Positions 20,452 to 36,875 are shown, counted from the first letter of the stretch. The stretch: 64,000 nucleotides of DNA from an uncultured Pseudomonadota bacterium (GCA_963816415.1 CAWFKR010000014.1:102996-166995); one strand, 5' to 3'. Made by a program: numbers and translations. Notes: generated by a model not told the origin, from the sequence alone.

Positions 20452-22026
20452 TCATGCCCGTCCGGCCAGCAGATCCTGGCCGAGGTACTGCAGGCGATAG
20501 GTCTCGAAGGGCAGGCTGTCCGAGGCTTCGATATCGCGCTGTTCCGCAAGCGACTGGTCGGCCATGTCGCGAAAGCGCGACTCGACCTCGGGCGCGTAGG
20601 GCAGCGCGAGCAGGTCGCTGCGCAGCTGCGCCGAACGGGCGAGCGCGAAGTCGAAGTACGAGTTGCCGTGCTGCCCATCGACGTCGCGCAGCACGCGGGC
20701 CGATGGCGTTGCCGCCGGATCGGCGAGCGCGACCCGGGCGGCCGCCAGCGCGTCGCGGTGGGCGCGGCCGCCGCCGGCCGCGTCGAGCGCCGCCGCAAAA
20801 GGCTCGCAGGCGTCGATGACATCGGCACCCCAGTCGGCCAGCGCTTTCTCGCGGCCACCCTGCCGCAGCCGCAGTCCGGGCTCGCGGCCCCGTTCGGCCA
20901 CCCGGTACTGGTTGCCTGCGATCTCGCCGATCTCCTCCGGCGAGTCCGGCGGACTGTCCGACAGCAGGCATTGCAGCAGGAAGGCGTCGAGAAAGTGCAT
21001 CGTCTGCGCGCTGACGCCGACGGCCGCGTACGGATCGACGTCGAGGCTGCGCACCTCGACGTATTCGACGCCGCGCTCCGTCAGCGCGTGCAGGGGCCGC
21101 TCGTCGCGCCGCACCCTCCGCTTCGGACGGATCGTCCCGTAGAACTCGTTCTCGATCTGCAGCAGCGTCGTCGCGAGCTGGAGGTAGCGGTCGCCTTCGC
21201 GCAGGCCGATCGCCTCATAGGCGGGATACGGCTCGGTCATCGCGCGCTGCAGCGAACGGGCATAGCTTGCGAGCCCGTTGAAGCTGACCTTGAGCGATGC
21301 TTGCGCGTCGCTCTGGTAGCCGAGCGGGCCCATCCGCAGCGATGTCGCGTTCGGCAGGTAGACCGTATGGGGGCCAAGGTCCTGCAGCGAGTGCGCACGG
21401 CCCTCGACGAAGCATCGGCATGCGGCAGGTGAGGTTCCGAACAGGTAGAGCGGCAGCCACGAACTGCGCCGGAAGTTGCGGATCAGGGCGAAGTAGCCAT
21501 CGGTCCGGTAGTCCTGCAACGCTCCGCGGTATCCGTCGACCTGCTGCAGCGATGCCCAGGCCGCGTCCGGGAGCGAGAAGTTGTAGTGGACCCCCGAGAT
21601 CGTCTGCATCCTCCGGCCGTAGCGATGCGCGAGCCCGGTCCGGTACACGGTCTTGATCCTCGCGGTGTTCGAGCTGCCGTAATCCGCAATCGGGATGTCG
21701 TCGTCTTCGGGAAGGAGGCAGGGCATGCTGCTCGCCCACATCGCCTCGTCGCCGAGCTGCCGATAGACGAACTGGTGGATCTGCGTGAGCTCCGCCACGC
21801 AGGCATCGGCGTTCGGGTGGACGCCGGTGATCAGCTCGAGCTGCGATTCGCTGAAGTCGGTGGTGATGCGCGGATGCGTGAGCGCCGAGCCCAGGGCGAC
21901 GGGATGCCGGGTCGTGGCCAGCGTGCCGTCGGGACGCACGCGCAGGCTCTCCTTCTCGACCCCACGCAGGAGCCCCGTCAGCATCGGTGGCGAAAGCGCG
22001 CTCAGGCGTTGATGCGCAGTGGGCAA
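20452..22026 (-). CDS. gshA: Glutamate--cysteine ligase
   Basis: RGVEKESLR, ITTDFSESQLELIT, MQTISGVHYNFS, ATSLRM..LGY, QIENEFYG.IRPK, GVEYVEVR. Confidence 0.95.
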   Translation of the reverse strand: MPTAHQRLSALSPPMLTGLLRGVEKESLRVRPDGTLATTRHPVALGSALTHPRITTDFSESQLELITGVHPNADACVAELTQIHQFVYRQLGDEAMWASSMPCLLPEDDDIPIADYGSSNTARIKTVYRTGLAHRYGRRMQTISGVHYNFSLPDAAWASLQQVDGYRGALQDYRTDGYFALIRNFRRSSWLPLYLFGTSPAACRCFVEGRAHSLQDLGPHTVYLPNATSLRMGPLGYQSDAQASLKVSFNGLASYARSLQRAMTEPYPAYEAIGLREGDRYLQLATTLLQIENEFYGTIRPKRRVRRDERPLHALTERGVEYVEVRSLDVDPYAAVGVSAQTMHFLDAFLLQCLLSDSPPDSPEEIGEIAGNQYRVAERGREPGLRLRQGGREKALADWGADVIDACEPFAAALDAAGGGRAHRDALAAARVALADPAATPSARVLRDVDGQHGNSYFDFALARSAQLRSDLLALPYAPEVESRFRDMADQSLAEQRDIEASDSLPFETYRLQYLGQDLLAGRA

Positions 22027-22149
22027 GAAAGACCTCCTTCGGAGCAGGCGGATGGGACGGGCTGCCGCGGTGCCTTGCGCGTGCCGCAGCTCGCGCGGAC
22101 CGCGATCAGGCGGACGGGCACGACGCGATCACTCCCGTCGTCGCCGGCA

Positions 22150-23082
22150 TTATGCCTGCCGCTGGGCCACCGCCTTGGCCGGGATGCTCGTATCGGTTCT
22201 CGACATTTCGTGGTCGGCGAGGCATTCCGCCTCGCGCCCGCGCACGACCCGCCGGCCCCGCAGGGGGCCGCGCTGCTCGGTGACGACGGTGCGCTGGCGT
22301 TCGGCATGGTCGTCGTCGTGGAAATAGAGAACCACCCAGTCGAGGGTGCGGCCGAGTTCGTGCGCCCGTGCGGTGTTCGAGTAGAGGGCCGTGAAGTGCC
22401 AGTCGTCGCGGCGCGTGTGTAGTACCGGCAGCCACGCCTCGTTGCGCGGATTGAAGCGCCGCGGGGTGATCGTCGGCAATGCCCCCGCCTGCGCCTTGGC
22501 CCGGTATTCGCGGTCGACGTCGAGCAGCGTGGCCACGGGTGGTTCCGATGCGGCGGTCGGCGTGCTGCGGCGGGCGAGGGGGGTGCGGTCGAGGATCTCG
22601 GCCAACGCGGCGCGGATCGCCGCCGCCCGTCGCCGGCCGACACCGGGCACCTTCTCCAGTCGCCCTTCGTGCGCCGCCACCTCGAGTGCCTCGAGGGTCT
22701 CGACGCCCAGCGTGTCGTGAATGCGCCGCGCAATCCCGGGACCGACGCCGGGGACCGTCTGGAACAGGTGTTCGGGATCGAGGCTTCCGCGCAGGCGGTC
22801 GAGTTGCGACCAGCGGCCGCGCTCGAGCATTTCGGCAATCGCCGCCGCGATGCCCGCCCCGATGCCGGGCAGCGCGTCGAGACCTGCGCGACCCTGGTCG
22901 GCGAGGAGGTTCCGGAGGCTTCCCTCGAACTGCAGAACCGTGTCGGCGGCCTTGCGGTACGCGCCGACGCGAAACGGATTCGCTCCCTGGGCGTGCAGGA
23001 GTTCGGCGGCTTCGCGCAACCACTGCGCGATGCGCAGGTTGTCGGGGTCGCGCGCGGAATCGTGCAGTTCCGCGTCGGTCAT
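22150..23082 (-). CDS. Helix-hairpin-helix DNA-binding protein with PolX-like N-terminal domain, no polymerase palm
   Basis: [23 protein letters not shown], HhH motifs LPGIG, VPGVG x2; C-terminal PRRFNP..EAWLP domain; ATG overlaps nrdJ stop. Confidence 0.85.
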   Translation of the reverse strand: MTDAELHDSARDPDNLRIAQWLREAAELLHAQGANPFRVGAYRKAADTVLQFEGSLRNLLADQGRAGLDALPGIGAGIAAAIAEMLERGRWSQLDRLRGSLDPEHLFQTVPGVGPGIARRIHDTLGVETLEALEVAAHEGRLEKVPGVGRRRAAAIRAALAEILDRTPLARRSTPTAASEPPVATLLDVDREYRAKAQAGALPTITPRRFNPRNEAWLPVLHTRRDDWHFTALYSNTARAHELGRTLDWVVLYFHDDDHAERQRTVVTEQRGPLRGRRVVRGREAECLADHEMSRTDTSIPAKAVAQRQA

Positions 23083-24938
23083 GATGCGATCCGGCAGGGG
23101 ACTTCCAGCACCGACCCGACGACGGCGTTGGGCCGATAGGTCGTGAGTCCCTTGAGGCCGTTCCTCCAGGCCTCGAGGTAGAGGTTCCGGAATTCCGCGA
23201 ACGGGTAGTCGGCGGCGATGTTGACGGTCTTGCTGATCGCCGTGTCGACGTAGGGCTGGACGGCGGCGCTCATCCGCACGTGGTCGAGCGCGCCGATGTC
23301 GAGCGCCGAGACGAAATGCCGCGGCAGCATCACGCAGCGCCGGCCGTCGCGCCCGGTCCGCACGATGGATCCCGCTTCGCGCTGCGCGGGCTGCGCAGGA
23401 TCGAAAGGCAGCACGGCCACGCCGGCGTCGATTCCGTTGACGTCCCGGTACACGCGCCACGCGTGATCCTCGACCCGGTATTCGCCGTAGCTGCCGTCGG
23501 CCATGCGCTTCCTGCGCGTGTAGACCCAGGCGTAGGCGGGCTCGATCCCGTTCGACGCATTGTCGGCGAAGGCGAGCGATATCGTGCCGGTCGGGGCGAT
23601 CGCCAGCAGATGGCTGTTGCGCACGCCGTGGCGCGCGATCTCCGCCTTGATGTCATCGGGAAGGCGCGAGGCGAAACGCGGCGGCGACAGGTAATGCCGC
23701 GCATCGAACAGCGGAAACTGCCCCTTCTCCCGGGCGAGTTCCACCGACGCCCGATACGCGGCGTCCCGCAGCGCGCGGGCGATCGTCGCCGCCTGTTGCC
23801 GTCCTTCGTCCGCGTCGTAGCGCAGACCGAGCATCAGCAGCGCGTCGCCCAGGCCGGTGAACCCGAGCCCGATGCGCCGCTTGGACATCGCCTCCTGCCG
23901 GTGCTGCGGCAGCGGCCAGACGGTCGCATCGAGCACGTTGTCGAGCATGCGCACGGCGACCGGAACGATCGAGTTCATGCGCTCGAGGTCGAAACGCGCG
24001 CCCGACGTGAAAGGCGCGTCGACGAAGGCGCAGAGGTCCAGGCTGCCGAGGTCGCAGGAACCGTACGCGGGCAGGGGTTCCTCGCCGCAGGGATTGGTCG
24101 CCTCGATGACTTCGCAGTAGGAGAGGTTGTTGTCGCGATTGATCGTGTCGATGAACAGCACACCCGGCTCGGCGTGATCGTAGGTGCTCGCCATGATCTG
24201 CCGCCAGAGCGCCGCGGCGGACGTTTCGCGGTAGACCCACAGCCCGTCGTCGCGCTGGCGAGCGCCCGCGGCGATCTGCTCGGGCCCGGGCCTTGCGCGG
24301 TGGACGAGGTCCCACGGCCGGTCGTCGACGACGGCGTGCATGAATGCGTCGGTGACCGCGACCGACAGGTTGAAGTTCGCGAGCCCGCCCCGGTCCTTGG
24401 CGTGGATGAAAGCCTCGATGTCGGGATGGTCGCAGCGCAGGACGCCCATCTGCGCGCCGCGGCGCGCCCCCGCCGATTCGATCGCCTCGCAGGACTGGTC
24501 GAATACGCGCATGTACGACAACGGGCCGCTGGCGCGGCTCGCCGTGCCGCGGACCTGCGCGCCTTCGGGCCGAATGCGCGAGAAGTCGTAGCCGACGCCG
24601 CCGCCGCGACGCATCGTCTCCGCGGCCTCGTTGAGCGCGGCATAGATTCCGACGTCGGCGCCATCGGTCGAGATGCTGTCGCCGACCGGCTGGACGAAGC
24701 AGTTGATCAGCGTCGCCTTGAGGTCGGTCCCCGCGGCCGAGTTGATGCGCCCGCCGGGGATGAAGCCTTCCGCCTGCGCGCGGTGGAAGGCGGCTTCCCA
24801 TCGGGAACGCCGATCCTCCGGCTCGATCGCCGCCAGCGCGCGCGCCACCCGCCGGCGGACGTCGTCCACGCTGCGTTCGCCTGCGCTCGCGTATTTCTCG
24901 AGCAGGACCGCTTCGGAGATGGGTTGCGGGGGGAGCAC
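23079..24938 (-). CDS. nrdJ: Adenosylcobalamin-dependent (class II) ribonucleotide reductase
   Basis: [70 protein letters not shown]. Confidence 0.93.
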   Translation of the reverse strand: MLPPQPISEAVLLEKYASAGERSVDDVRRRVARALAAIEPEDRRSRWEAAFHRAQAEGFIPGGRINSAAGTDLKATLINCFVQPVGDSISTDGADVGIYAALNEAAETMRRGGGVGYDFSRIRPEGAQVRGTASRASGPLSYMRVFDQSCEAIESAGARRGAQMGVLRCDHPDIEAFIHAKDRGGLANFNLSVAVTDAFMHAVVDDRPWDLVHRARPGPEQIAAGARQRDDGLWVYRETSAAALWRQIMASTYDHAEPGVLFIDTINRDNNLSYCEVIEATNPCGEEPLPAYGSCDLGSLDLCAFVDAPFTSGARFDLERMNSIVPVAVRMLDNVLDATVWPLPQHRQEAMSKRRIGLGFTGLGDALLMLGLRYDADEGRQQAATIARALRDAAYRASVELAREKGQFPLFDARHYLSPPRFASRLPDDIKAEIARHGVRNSHLLAIAPTGTISLAFADNASNGIEPAYAWVYTRRKRMADGSYGEYRVEDHAWRVYRDVNGIDAGVAVLPFDPAQPAQREAGSIVRTGRDGRRCVMLPRHFVSALDIGALDHVRMSAAVQPYVDTAISKTVNIAADYPFAEFRNLYLEAWRNGLKGLTTYRPNAVVGSVLEVPCRIAS

Positions 24939-25096
24939 GGTCGTGGCGACGTGGTGTTGCTGCTGCCGATCCTCCGGCCATCATATACGCGCAGCGCGGC
25001 CGCTTGGGACACGGTGGGGGCAGGGGCACGGCGGCGCGCGGTGGGCGGCACGCGGCGGCGCGCGCGTCCGGCACGCAGGCCCGGGGTTCCCCAGGG

Positions 25097-25138
25097 TTGA
25101 CGTACGTCAAAACCATCGGGCCGGCGGCGGGTCAGAAT
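25097..25138 (+). promoter_or_regulatory. FNR/CRP-family box with class II promoter spacing
   Basis: Perfect palindrome TTGAC-GTAC-GTCAA (25097-25110), 22 nt, CAGAAT (25133-25138); between divergent nrdJ and hsp20. Confidence 0.78.
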
Positions 25139-25275
25139 GAGCAGGAGTTGCGGGGGCCCGCGAAAGTCCGCATGGCGGGTGGGTGTCGCTTGTGCGCGAG
25201 TCGCCTCCGCAGCGGATTGGCCCGTGCCAGCGGGGCGGGTCTGCTGCACGCAGCGTAACCACGATGGAGAGCACC

Positions 25276-25722
25276 ATGGCAAATCTCACCCGATTCGATC
25301 CGTTCGGCGATATCGCAACCCTCGCGCCGTTCCGTGACATGGAGGATTTCTTCCGCATGCCGCGGCTGCGCGCCTGGAGCCGGGATCTTCCCGCCGCACC
25401 CGAGATCAGGATCGACGTCTCGGAAGACGACAAGACCTATCACGTCAAGGCCGAGATTCCCGGCGTCAAGAAGGAGGACATCCACGTCGCGGTCGAAGGA
25501 AACCAGGTGTCGATCAGCGCCGAGGTGAGGAAGGAAGAGGAAGAGAAGAAGGGCAAGACGGTTCTGCGCAGCGAGCGCTACTACGGCAAGCAGGAGCGCA
25601 GCTTCACGCTGATGAACGACATCGACGAGAGCAAGTCGGAGGCCAAGTATGAGAATGGCATTCTCGACCTCGTCCTGCCCAAGAAGAACGGCACGGTTTC
25701 GAAGCAGGTGACAGTCAAGTAG
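25276..25722 (+). CDS. Hsp20/alpha-crystallin small heat shock protein
   Basis: IDVSE, AEIPGVKKEDI, SERYYG...RSF.L, A.YENGIL.L.LPK; GGAG RBS. Confidence 0.95.
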   Translation: MANLTRFDPFGDIATLAPFRDMEDFFRMPRLRAWSRDLPAAPEIRIDVSEDDKTYHVKAEIPGVKKEDIHVAVEGNQVSISAEVRKEEEEKKGKTVLRSERYYGKQERSFTLMNDIDESKSEAKYENGILDLVLPKKNGTVSKQVTVK

Positions 25723-25819
25723 AACGCTCCGGCATCGAAGCAGACGCAGGCCGGAAGAATCCGTCGGTTCCGCGAGCCCCGGGTTCGCGGGATCGAGGGT
25801 AACGAGCGATGGAATCCAC

Positions 25820-26338
25820 ATGACAAGACCGAAGCTGTCCCCCAAGGCCCCTTTCCCGCCTGCTGCCGGCATGCGACCGGGTCAACGCGTATTCGACGCC
25901 AAGCAACACGACCCGTACCAGGTCGCCGGCAAGTATCCGGAGCCAACGGTCTGCCCGGATTGCCGCGCGGTGTTTCACCACGGACACTGGCAATGGGGAG
26001 ACGCGCCGGAGGGGGCGCATCAGACGCGCTGTCCGGCATGCCGGCGCATCCATGAAAAGCTGCCCGCCGGCTGGCTGACGCTCGGCGGCGCGCATTTCAA
26101 CGCACATCGTGCCGACGTGCTCGCGCACCTGCACAAGGTGGCAGCCCGCGAACGCGAGGAGCATCCGCTCAATCGCGTCATGGCGATCGAGGAAGGACCC
26201 GACGAGGTCGTCGTCACCACCACCGACATCCATACGCCGCAGCGCATCGCCGAGGCGCTCAAGCGCCAGCACCACGGCGATTTCGATGTCCAGTACGGCC
26301 ATGACGAATACTCGGTGCGCGTGCACTGGCGCGCCTGA
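25820..26338 (+). CDS. BCAM0308-family zinc-binding protein
   Basis: HDPY...K.PEPTVCPDC, CPACRRI....PAG, EHPL.R.M, TT..H..QRI.EAL. Confidence 0.8.
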   Translation: MTRPKLSPKAPFPPAAGMRPGQRVFDAKQHDPYQVAGKYPEPTVCPDCRAVFHHGHWQWGDAPEGAHQTRCPACRRIHEKLPAGWLTLGGAHFNAHRADVLAHLHKVAAREREEHPLNRVMAIEEGPDEVVVTTTDIHTPQRIAEALKRQHHGDFDVQYGHDEYSVRVHWRA

Positions 26339-26484
26339 TTCCGCGGACCTGATCTTGCGCCGCTGACGGGAGCGACGGACCCGAAGGGCCGCGCGAGGCG
26401 CCGTTGCGGGCGTCAAGCGCCGCGGTACGGCGGCGCAGGCGCTGCTGCATACTCGCCGCGTTGCATTTCCTGCGGCAAAGCACG

Positions 26485-27744
26485 ATGCATGTGATGGTAC
26501 TCGGCAGTGGCGTGATCGGCGTGTCGACCGCCTACCACCTGGCGCAAGCCGGGCATCGGGTGACGGTCGTCGACCGGCAGCCCGGCGCGGCGCTCGAAAC
26601 CAGCTTCGGCAACGCGGGCGAGGTGTCGGCCGGGTTGGCGGCCCCTTGGGCGGGACCCGGCATTCCGCTGAAGGCGCTGCGGTGGGCGTTCATGCGCCAC
26701 CGACCGCTGGTGGTCTGGCCACTGCCCGATCCTGCGATGTGGCGCTGGAGCCTGCAGATGCTTCGCAACTGCACGGAAGCCCGCTACGAGCGCAACAAGA
26801 CGCGGATGCTGCGGCTCGCCGAGTACAGTCGCGATCGCCTGCGCGCACTGCGCGCCGAGACCGGAATCCGCTACAGCGAGCGCAGCCTCGGCACGCTGCA
26901 GCTCTTCCGGACCCAGAAGGAATTCGACGGCACGAGCCGCGATACCGAGGTGCTCGACCGCCACGGCGTGCCCTACCAGCTGCTCGACCGCGAGGGCTGC
27001 GTCGGGGTCGAGCCGGCGCTGGCGCGTGTGCGCGAGAAGTTCGTCGGTGGCCTGCGGCTCACCGACGACGAGACCGGGGACTGCCACCAGTTCACGACCG
27101 CGCTTTCGGAGCTCGCCATGGGTATGGGCGTCGATTTCAGGTTCGGCGTCGACATCCGGCGCATCGTCGCCGAAGGCGGGCGCATCGGCGGTGTCGCGAC
27201 CGATCAGGGCGAGCTGCAGGCCGACGCCTATGTCGTCGCGCTGGGCAGCTATTCGCCGCTGTTCCTGAAGCCGCTGCGCATCGACATCCCGGTGTATCCG
27301 GTCAAGGGGTATTCGATCACGATTCCGATCGAGGACCCGTCCGGTGCGCCGCAATCGACGGTGATGGACGAGACCTACAAGGTCGCGCTGACGCGGTTCG
27401 ACGATCGCATCCGTGTCGGCGGCACCGCCGAACTCGCCGGTTACTCGCGCACCCTGCGTCCGAGCCGCCGTGCGACGCTGGAGCACGTCGTGACCGACCT
27501 GTTCCCCGGCGGCGGCGACGTCGCGAAGGCGACGTTCTGGACCGGTCTGCGCCCGATGACGCCCGATGGCACGCCGGTGATCGGGCCGAGCCCCTATCCG
27601 AACCTGTTCCTCGCCACCGGCCACGGAACGCTGGGCTGGACGATGTCCGCCGGGACCGGGCAGGTCCTGGCCGACGTGATTTCGGGGCGCAAGCCCGCGA
27701 TCGACCTCGCCGGACTCACCTACGTGCGCTACGCCGAAGACTGA
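26485..27744 (+). CDS. dadA: D-amino acid dehydrogenase
   Basis: [45 protein letters not shown]. Confidence 0.95.
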   Translation: MHVMVLGSGVIGVSTAYHLAQAGHRVTVVDRQPGAALETSFGNAGEVSAGLAAPWAGPGIPLKALRWAFMRHRPLVVWPLPDPAMWRWSLQMLRNCTEARYERNKTRMLRLAEYSRDRLRALRAETGIRYSERSLGTLQLFRTQKEFDGTSRDTEVLDRHGVPYQLLDREGCVGVEPALARVREKFVGGLRLTDDETGDCHQFTTALSELAMGMGVDFRFGVDIRRIVAEGGRIGGVATDQGELQADAYVVALGSYSPLFLKPLRIDIPVYPVKGYSITIPIEDPSGAPQSTVMDETYKVALTRFDDRIRVGGTAELAGYSRTLRPSRRATLEHVVTDLFPGGGDVAKATFWTGLRPMTPDGTPVIGPSPYPNLFLATGHGTLGWTMSAGTGQVLADVISGRKPAIDLAGLTYVRYAED

Positions 27745-27827
27745 GCCGGCACGCGGGTGTCGCCGCTAGGCAACGGTCGCCGTCCTGTGCAACAATGTCC
27801 GCAACTATTTGCATCAGGGTGACCGCG

Positions 27828-28391
27828 ATGCTGGACCGTGACGGCTATCGCCCGAACGTCGCCATCGTCATCGCCAACGGCAGAAACCTGGTTTTCTGGG
27901 GCAAGAGGATCCGCGAGCATTCCTGGCAGTTTCCGCAAGGTGGCATCAATCCCGGTGAGGCGCCCGAGCAGGCGATGTACCGGGAACTGCGCGAGGAAGT
28001 CGGGCTCCTGCCGCAGCACGTCAGGATTCTGGGCCGTACGCGTGAGTGGCTGCGTTACGAGGTGCCTCAACACTGGGTCAAGCGCGAATTCCGCGGCAGC
28101 TACCGTGGGCAGAAGCAGATCTGGTACCTGCTTCGTCTCACCGGCCGCGATTCCGACGTCAGCCTGCGGGCGACCGACCATCCGGAATTCGACGCCTGGC
28201 GCTGGCACGACTACTGGATTCCGCTGGAATCGGTGATCGACTTCAAGCGTGACGTCTACCGGCGCGCGCTGCGGGAACTCGAGCGCTACCTGCATGCCCG
28301 CCCGCAGACGCGCCGCGACCGCCTCTATGGCTGGGCGCGCTCGGACGTCCCCGCGTCCTACGTCGATCCCCAGGCGCAGCCCGAGAACTGA
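27828..28391 (+). CDS. rppH: RNA pyrophosphohydrolase
   Basis: [19 protein letters not shown], Nudix box [21 protein letters not shown]. Confidence 0.96.
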   Translation: MLDRDGYRPNVAIVIANGRNLVFWGKRIREHSWQFPQGGINPGEAPEQAMYRELREEVGLLPQHVRILGRTREWLRYEVPQHWVKREFRGSYRGQKQIWYLLRLTGRDSDVSLRATDHPEFDAWRWHDYWIPLESVIDFKRDVYRRALRELERYLHARPQTRRDRLYGWARSDVPASYVDPQAQPEN

Positions 28392-28401
28392 CGTCCGGGA
28401 C

Positions 28402-28956
28402 TCAGCGCAGCATGCCGAAGCCGCCGCCGACGTGCGGCGTCATCATCATGCCGCTGAACACGTAGCCGGCGAGGATGCCGAGCACGATGCCGCACAGCAC
28501 GACGATCAGCGTGAACGGAACGGCTTTCTCCGGCGACGCCTTCTTCAGCAACGGCGCGCCAAGGAAGAACGTGTAGAACGCGTAGATCGTCGCGATCAGC
28601 CCCAGCAGCCCGCCGAGCATTCCCAGCAGGTTGAAGATGCCGGCGAGCCACGCCACCGTGTAGCTGTATGCGGTCAGCTTGAGCGAGGCGATGAAGTCCT
28701 TGGTGCCGCCGAACGACGGCGCGAGACTGTCGACGATCAGTGCCAGGACGAACGTCACGATCAGTGACAGCACGTATTGCGCGACCGCCCACTGCAGCGA
28801 ATGCGTCGACAGCAGCAGCGCCACCGGTCCGATCGCGGCGAGGATCATGATCCAGCCGGTGTAGAGCGACTGCACCGTCGCGGGCTCGACCGCGATCTTG
28901 GGCCATTCGCTGCGCGGATCGACGACGATCCCCTTGACGCGGTCGACGAAGCTCAT
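28402..28956 (-). CDS. Yip1 family membrane protein
   Basis: RVKGIVVDP.SEW..I..E, LAPSFGG, AYSYT..WLAG; about five TM helices. Confidence 0.85.
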   Translation of the reverse strand: MSFVDRVKGIVVDPRSEWPKIAVEPATVQSLYTGWIMILAAIGPVALLLSTHSLQWAVAQYVLSLIVTFVLALIVDSLAPSFGGTKDFIASLKLTAYSYTVAWLAGIFNLLGMLGGLLGLIATIYAFYTFFLGAPLLKKASPEKAVPFTLIVVLCGIVLGILAGYVFSGMMMTPHVGGGFGMLR

Positions 28957-29023
28957 GCCTGCCCCCTGGGAAGTTCGAATTCTTGCGCCGAAGTGTAGGG
29001 GAGCGGGGCGCGGCTGTCGACCG

Positions 29024-33017
<3,994 letters not shown>

Positions 33018-33054
33018 GGCGGGAGAATGGCGGCAAGGGCTCGTCGCCGCAACG

Positions 33055-33080
33055 AAAAAGGCAGCCGAAGCTGCCTTTTT
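33055..33080 (-). terminator. Intrinsic terminator downstream of rpmE (bidirectional-looking)
   Basis: AAAAAGGCAGC-CGAA-GCTGCCTTTTT; UUCG loop on the minus strand. Confidence 0.88.
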
Positions 33081-33107
33081 GCGATTGCGGGGATGATAAC
33101 CCGGCGA

Positions 33108-33329
33108 TCAGGCGGACGTCGTGGCCGACTTGCTGCCGTAGCGCTGGCGGAACTTCTCGACGCGACCTGCGGTATCCATGATCTTCTGCTTGCCCGTGTA
33201 GAACGGGTGGCAGGACGAGCAGACTTCGACGTGCAGCGGCTTGTCGATCGTCGAGCGCGTGGTGAAGTTGTTGCCGCAGCTGCAGCTGACCTGGATTTCG
33301 CTGTACTTCGGATGGATGTCGGTCTTCAT
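33108..33329 (-). CDS. rpmE: 50S ribosomal protein L31, zinc-binding type A
   Basis: [29 protein letters not shown]. Confidence 0.97.
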   Translation of the reverse strand: MKTDIHPKYSEIQVSCSCGNNFTTRSTIDKPLHVEVCSSCHPFYTGKQKIMDTAGRVEKFRQRYGSKSATTSA

Positions 33330-33489
33330 TGCGCGCCTCGTGTGCGGGTGACCCGCGCCGTCCGCGAGTCGCCATCGGGTGATGCTGTCGGTAGTGCCGT
33401 CGGTGGCGCAACCGGTCTTCTGACCGATGGTGCCACGGGCCGCCGTGGCGGGATCGGGCTGGCGATCCCGGCGGTCTGGCGAATTGCGG

Positions 33490-33518
33490 ATTATCCCCGA
33501 TCCTTCGCTGCAATGCAA
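33490..33518 (-). promoter_or_regulatory. Sigma70-like promoter for rpmE
   Basis: TTGCAT-17 nt-GATAAT on the minus strand. Confidence 0.65.
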
Positions 33519-33687
33519 GATCAGGGCGCCCGCGCAAATGGGCCGATCTGCGTAACTTATTGATTGAGAACGAACTATGATCGGAATGTCCGGGCGGGCC
33601 TGACAACCCGAGGCCCGTGCGATGGGGGATGCGCGCAGTCGGGGCGCCGCCGACTCCGTGCCGGCGCCGGCAGCGCCCGACGACGGT

Positions 33688-33882
33688 TTACGGGGCCGGG
33701 TTTCCCTCGCGCACGCTCGCGCGAATCTGCTGGCGAAGCTCGGCTGAGTCTTGATGCTTGTGCACCTGGATGGCGTGTTGCGTTGCCGCATTCACGACCT
33801 CGTCCACGCTGTCGGCCGAGATCGCGACGGTGCACTTGGTATCGCTGGGGAAATTCCGGCAATCGATGAATTTGCGTGCCAT
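33688..33882 (-). CDS. DUF1059-family small protein
   Basis: IDCR......C...ISAD..DEV...A.QHA...H. Confidence 0.8.
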   Translation of the reverse strand: MARKFIDCRNFPSDTKCTVAISADSVDEVVNAATQHAIQVHKHQDSAELRQQIRASVREGNPAP

Positions 33883-34135
33883 GGGACGCCCTCCATCTCG
33901 CGGGAACCGGATCGCCCGGGTCAGGCCGTGCCCGCGCCTCGCGGCCGGCCGGGACGATCATGCTGCGCCGGTCGCCCGCGGGCTGCAATACGCGGAAATG
34001 CGTACGTCGGCGATGCCGCGTCGTGCGACGCGACGACCCGATCGCCAGCGTCAGTCGCGCCGCATGCTGTGGAGGAAATGGGACGCCGGAGGGCTGAGCA
34101 GGTGCCCTGCGAGCGGAGCGCCGGAATCTCCGGCG

Positions 34136-35395
<1,260 letters not shown>

Positions 35396-35587
35396 GGCGC
35401 GCGGAAACCGCGTATGACGGTCGGTCGGACCGGATGGAAGAGTGGGGAAACCTGGGGGTGCCGCGGGGGGCGGCAGCCTGGAATTGCGCCGGCGCGTACT
35501 CACGCTCGGCGTGGCCGGGCGCTCGTCGCGCCCGCCAATCACCGGAAAAGGGTAACGGCCCCCGGGAGGGCTGTCAAGAAACGGAGG

Positions 35588-35914
35588 TCAGAGATTGCTG
35601 TCGAGGAACGCGGTCAGTTGCGATTTCGTCAGTGCCCCGACCTTCTGCGCGTGCGCCTGGCCGCCCTTGTAGAGGATAACCGTGGGAATCCCGCGGATGC
35701 CGAACTTGCCCGGGGTCGAGGGGTTCGCGTCGATGTCCAGCTTGGCGACGGTGAGCTTGCCCTCGTAGGCCTTGGCCACCTCGTCGAGAACCGGTGCGAA
35801 CATCTTGCACGGGCCGCACCACTCCGCCCAGAAATCCACCAGGACGGGGTTCGCGGACTGGAGCACGTCGCGGTCGAACGTGGTGTCAGTGACGTGCTTG
35901 ATCGTGTCGCTCAT
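35588..35914 (-). CDS. trxA: Thioredoxin
   Basis: [15 protein letters not shown]. Confidence 0.97.
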   Translation of the reverse strand: MSDTIKHVTDTTFDRDVLQSANPVLVDFWAEWCGPCKMFAPVLDEVAKAYEGKLTVAKLDIDANPSTPGKFGIRGIPTVILYKGGQAHAQKVGALTKSQLTAFLDSNL

Positions 35915-36098
35915 TGGAGTCCTTTCCTGCTCATTGTGTCGTCGGCAACCCTTCGCTGAAGTCGGCTGCGCAGGGCCCGCACCGGAGTTTACCGCAACGC
36001 CCGATGGACGCGCCTTGGCGGGCAAATGGGTGCATTCTGCTAAAATTCAAGCCTTCGCAGGCCCACCGCGCGTTCGCGCCCATACGCCGTTCACCGTC

Positions 36099-36422
36099 AT
36101 GACCTACGTCGTCACTGAAAGCTGCATCCGTTGCAAGTACACCGACTGCGTCGATGTATGCCCGGTCGACTGCTTCCGCGAGGGGCCGAACTTCCTCGTC
36201 ATCGATCCCGACGAGTGCATCGACTGCACGCTGTGCGTGGCCGAATGCCCGGTCGAGGCAATCTACGCCGAGGACGACGTCCCCGAGACGCAGCAGCAGT
36301 TCAAGGCGCTCAACGCCGAGCTCGCCAAGCTCTGGAAGCCGATCATCGAGCGCAAGCCGGCGCCGGCGGATGCGGACCAGTGGAAGGCAGTGGCCGAAAA
36401 GCTTCAGTACCTCGAGCGCTGA
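36099..36422 (+). CDS. fdxA: 7Fe/8Fe ferredoxin FdxA
   Basis: [38 protein letters not shown]. Confidence 0.95.
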   Translation: MTYVVTESCIRCKYTDCVDVCPVDCFREGPNFLVIDPDECIDCTLCVAECPVEAIYAEDDVPETQQQFKALNAELAKLWKPIIERKPAPADADQWKAVAEKLQYLER

Positions 36423-36444
36423 ACCGTCTTCGGGGCGCGGCCGT

Positions 36445-36474
36445 TTGACCGCCACGCGTCCCGCCCACTAGAAT
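36445..36474 (+). promoter_or_regulatory. Sigma70-like promoter for the cytochrome c pair
   Basis: TTGACC-18 nt-TAGAAT. Confidence 0.55.
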
Positions 36475-36527
36475 CGAGGGGTTTTGCGCGCGTGGTGCGC
36501 GCAACCGTCCACATTCTCCCGACATCG

Positions 36528-36875
36528 ATGATTCGACACACCGCAATTGCCGCCCTCCTGATGGCGGTTGCCACGACATGCGCTGCCCAGACCGCCACTC
36601 CGACCGGCGACGCCGCCAGGGGCAAGGACAAGACGCGGCTGTGCGAAGGTTGCCACGGCATCGACGGCTGGCGCGTTGCATACCCCGAGGTGTACAGCGT
36701 ACCCAGGCTCGGCGGCCAGCACGCTGCCTACATCGAGAAGGCGCTGCACGAGTACAAGGACGGGGAGCGCTCGTTCCCGACGATGCGCGCGATCGCCGCG
36801 ACGCTCTCCGACCAGGACATCGCGGACCTCGCGGCCTACTACTCCCACGGTTCCACGAAGACTTCGGCCAAATGA
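36528..36875 (+). CDS. Monoheme cytochrome c (c553-like)
   Basis: Signal peptide, CEGCH, P.LGGQH..Y, M axial ligand region. Confidence 0.92.
   Translation: MIRHTAIAALLMAVATTCAAQTATPTGDAARGKDKTRLCEGCHGIDGWRVAYPEVYSVPRLGGQHAAYIEKALHEYKDGERSFPTMRAIAATLSDQDIADLAAYYSHGSTKTSAK

Noticed and set aside
24939-25275. Cobalamin riboswitch or NrdR box upstream of nrdJ
   Set aside because: No B12-box or convincing NrdR consensus seen; only the FNR-type palindrome. A covariance-model scan would be decisive.
33688-33882. DUF1059 gene inserted between rho and rpmE as a mobile element
   Set aside because: No flanking repeats or mobility genes; a widespread small family.
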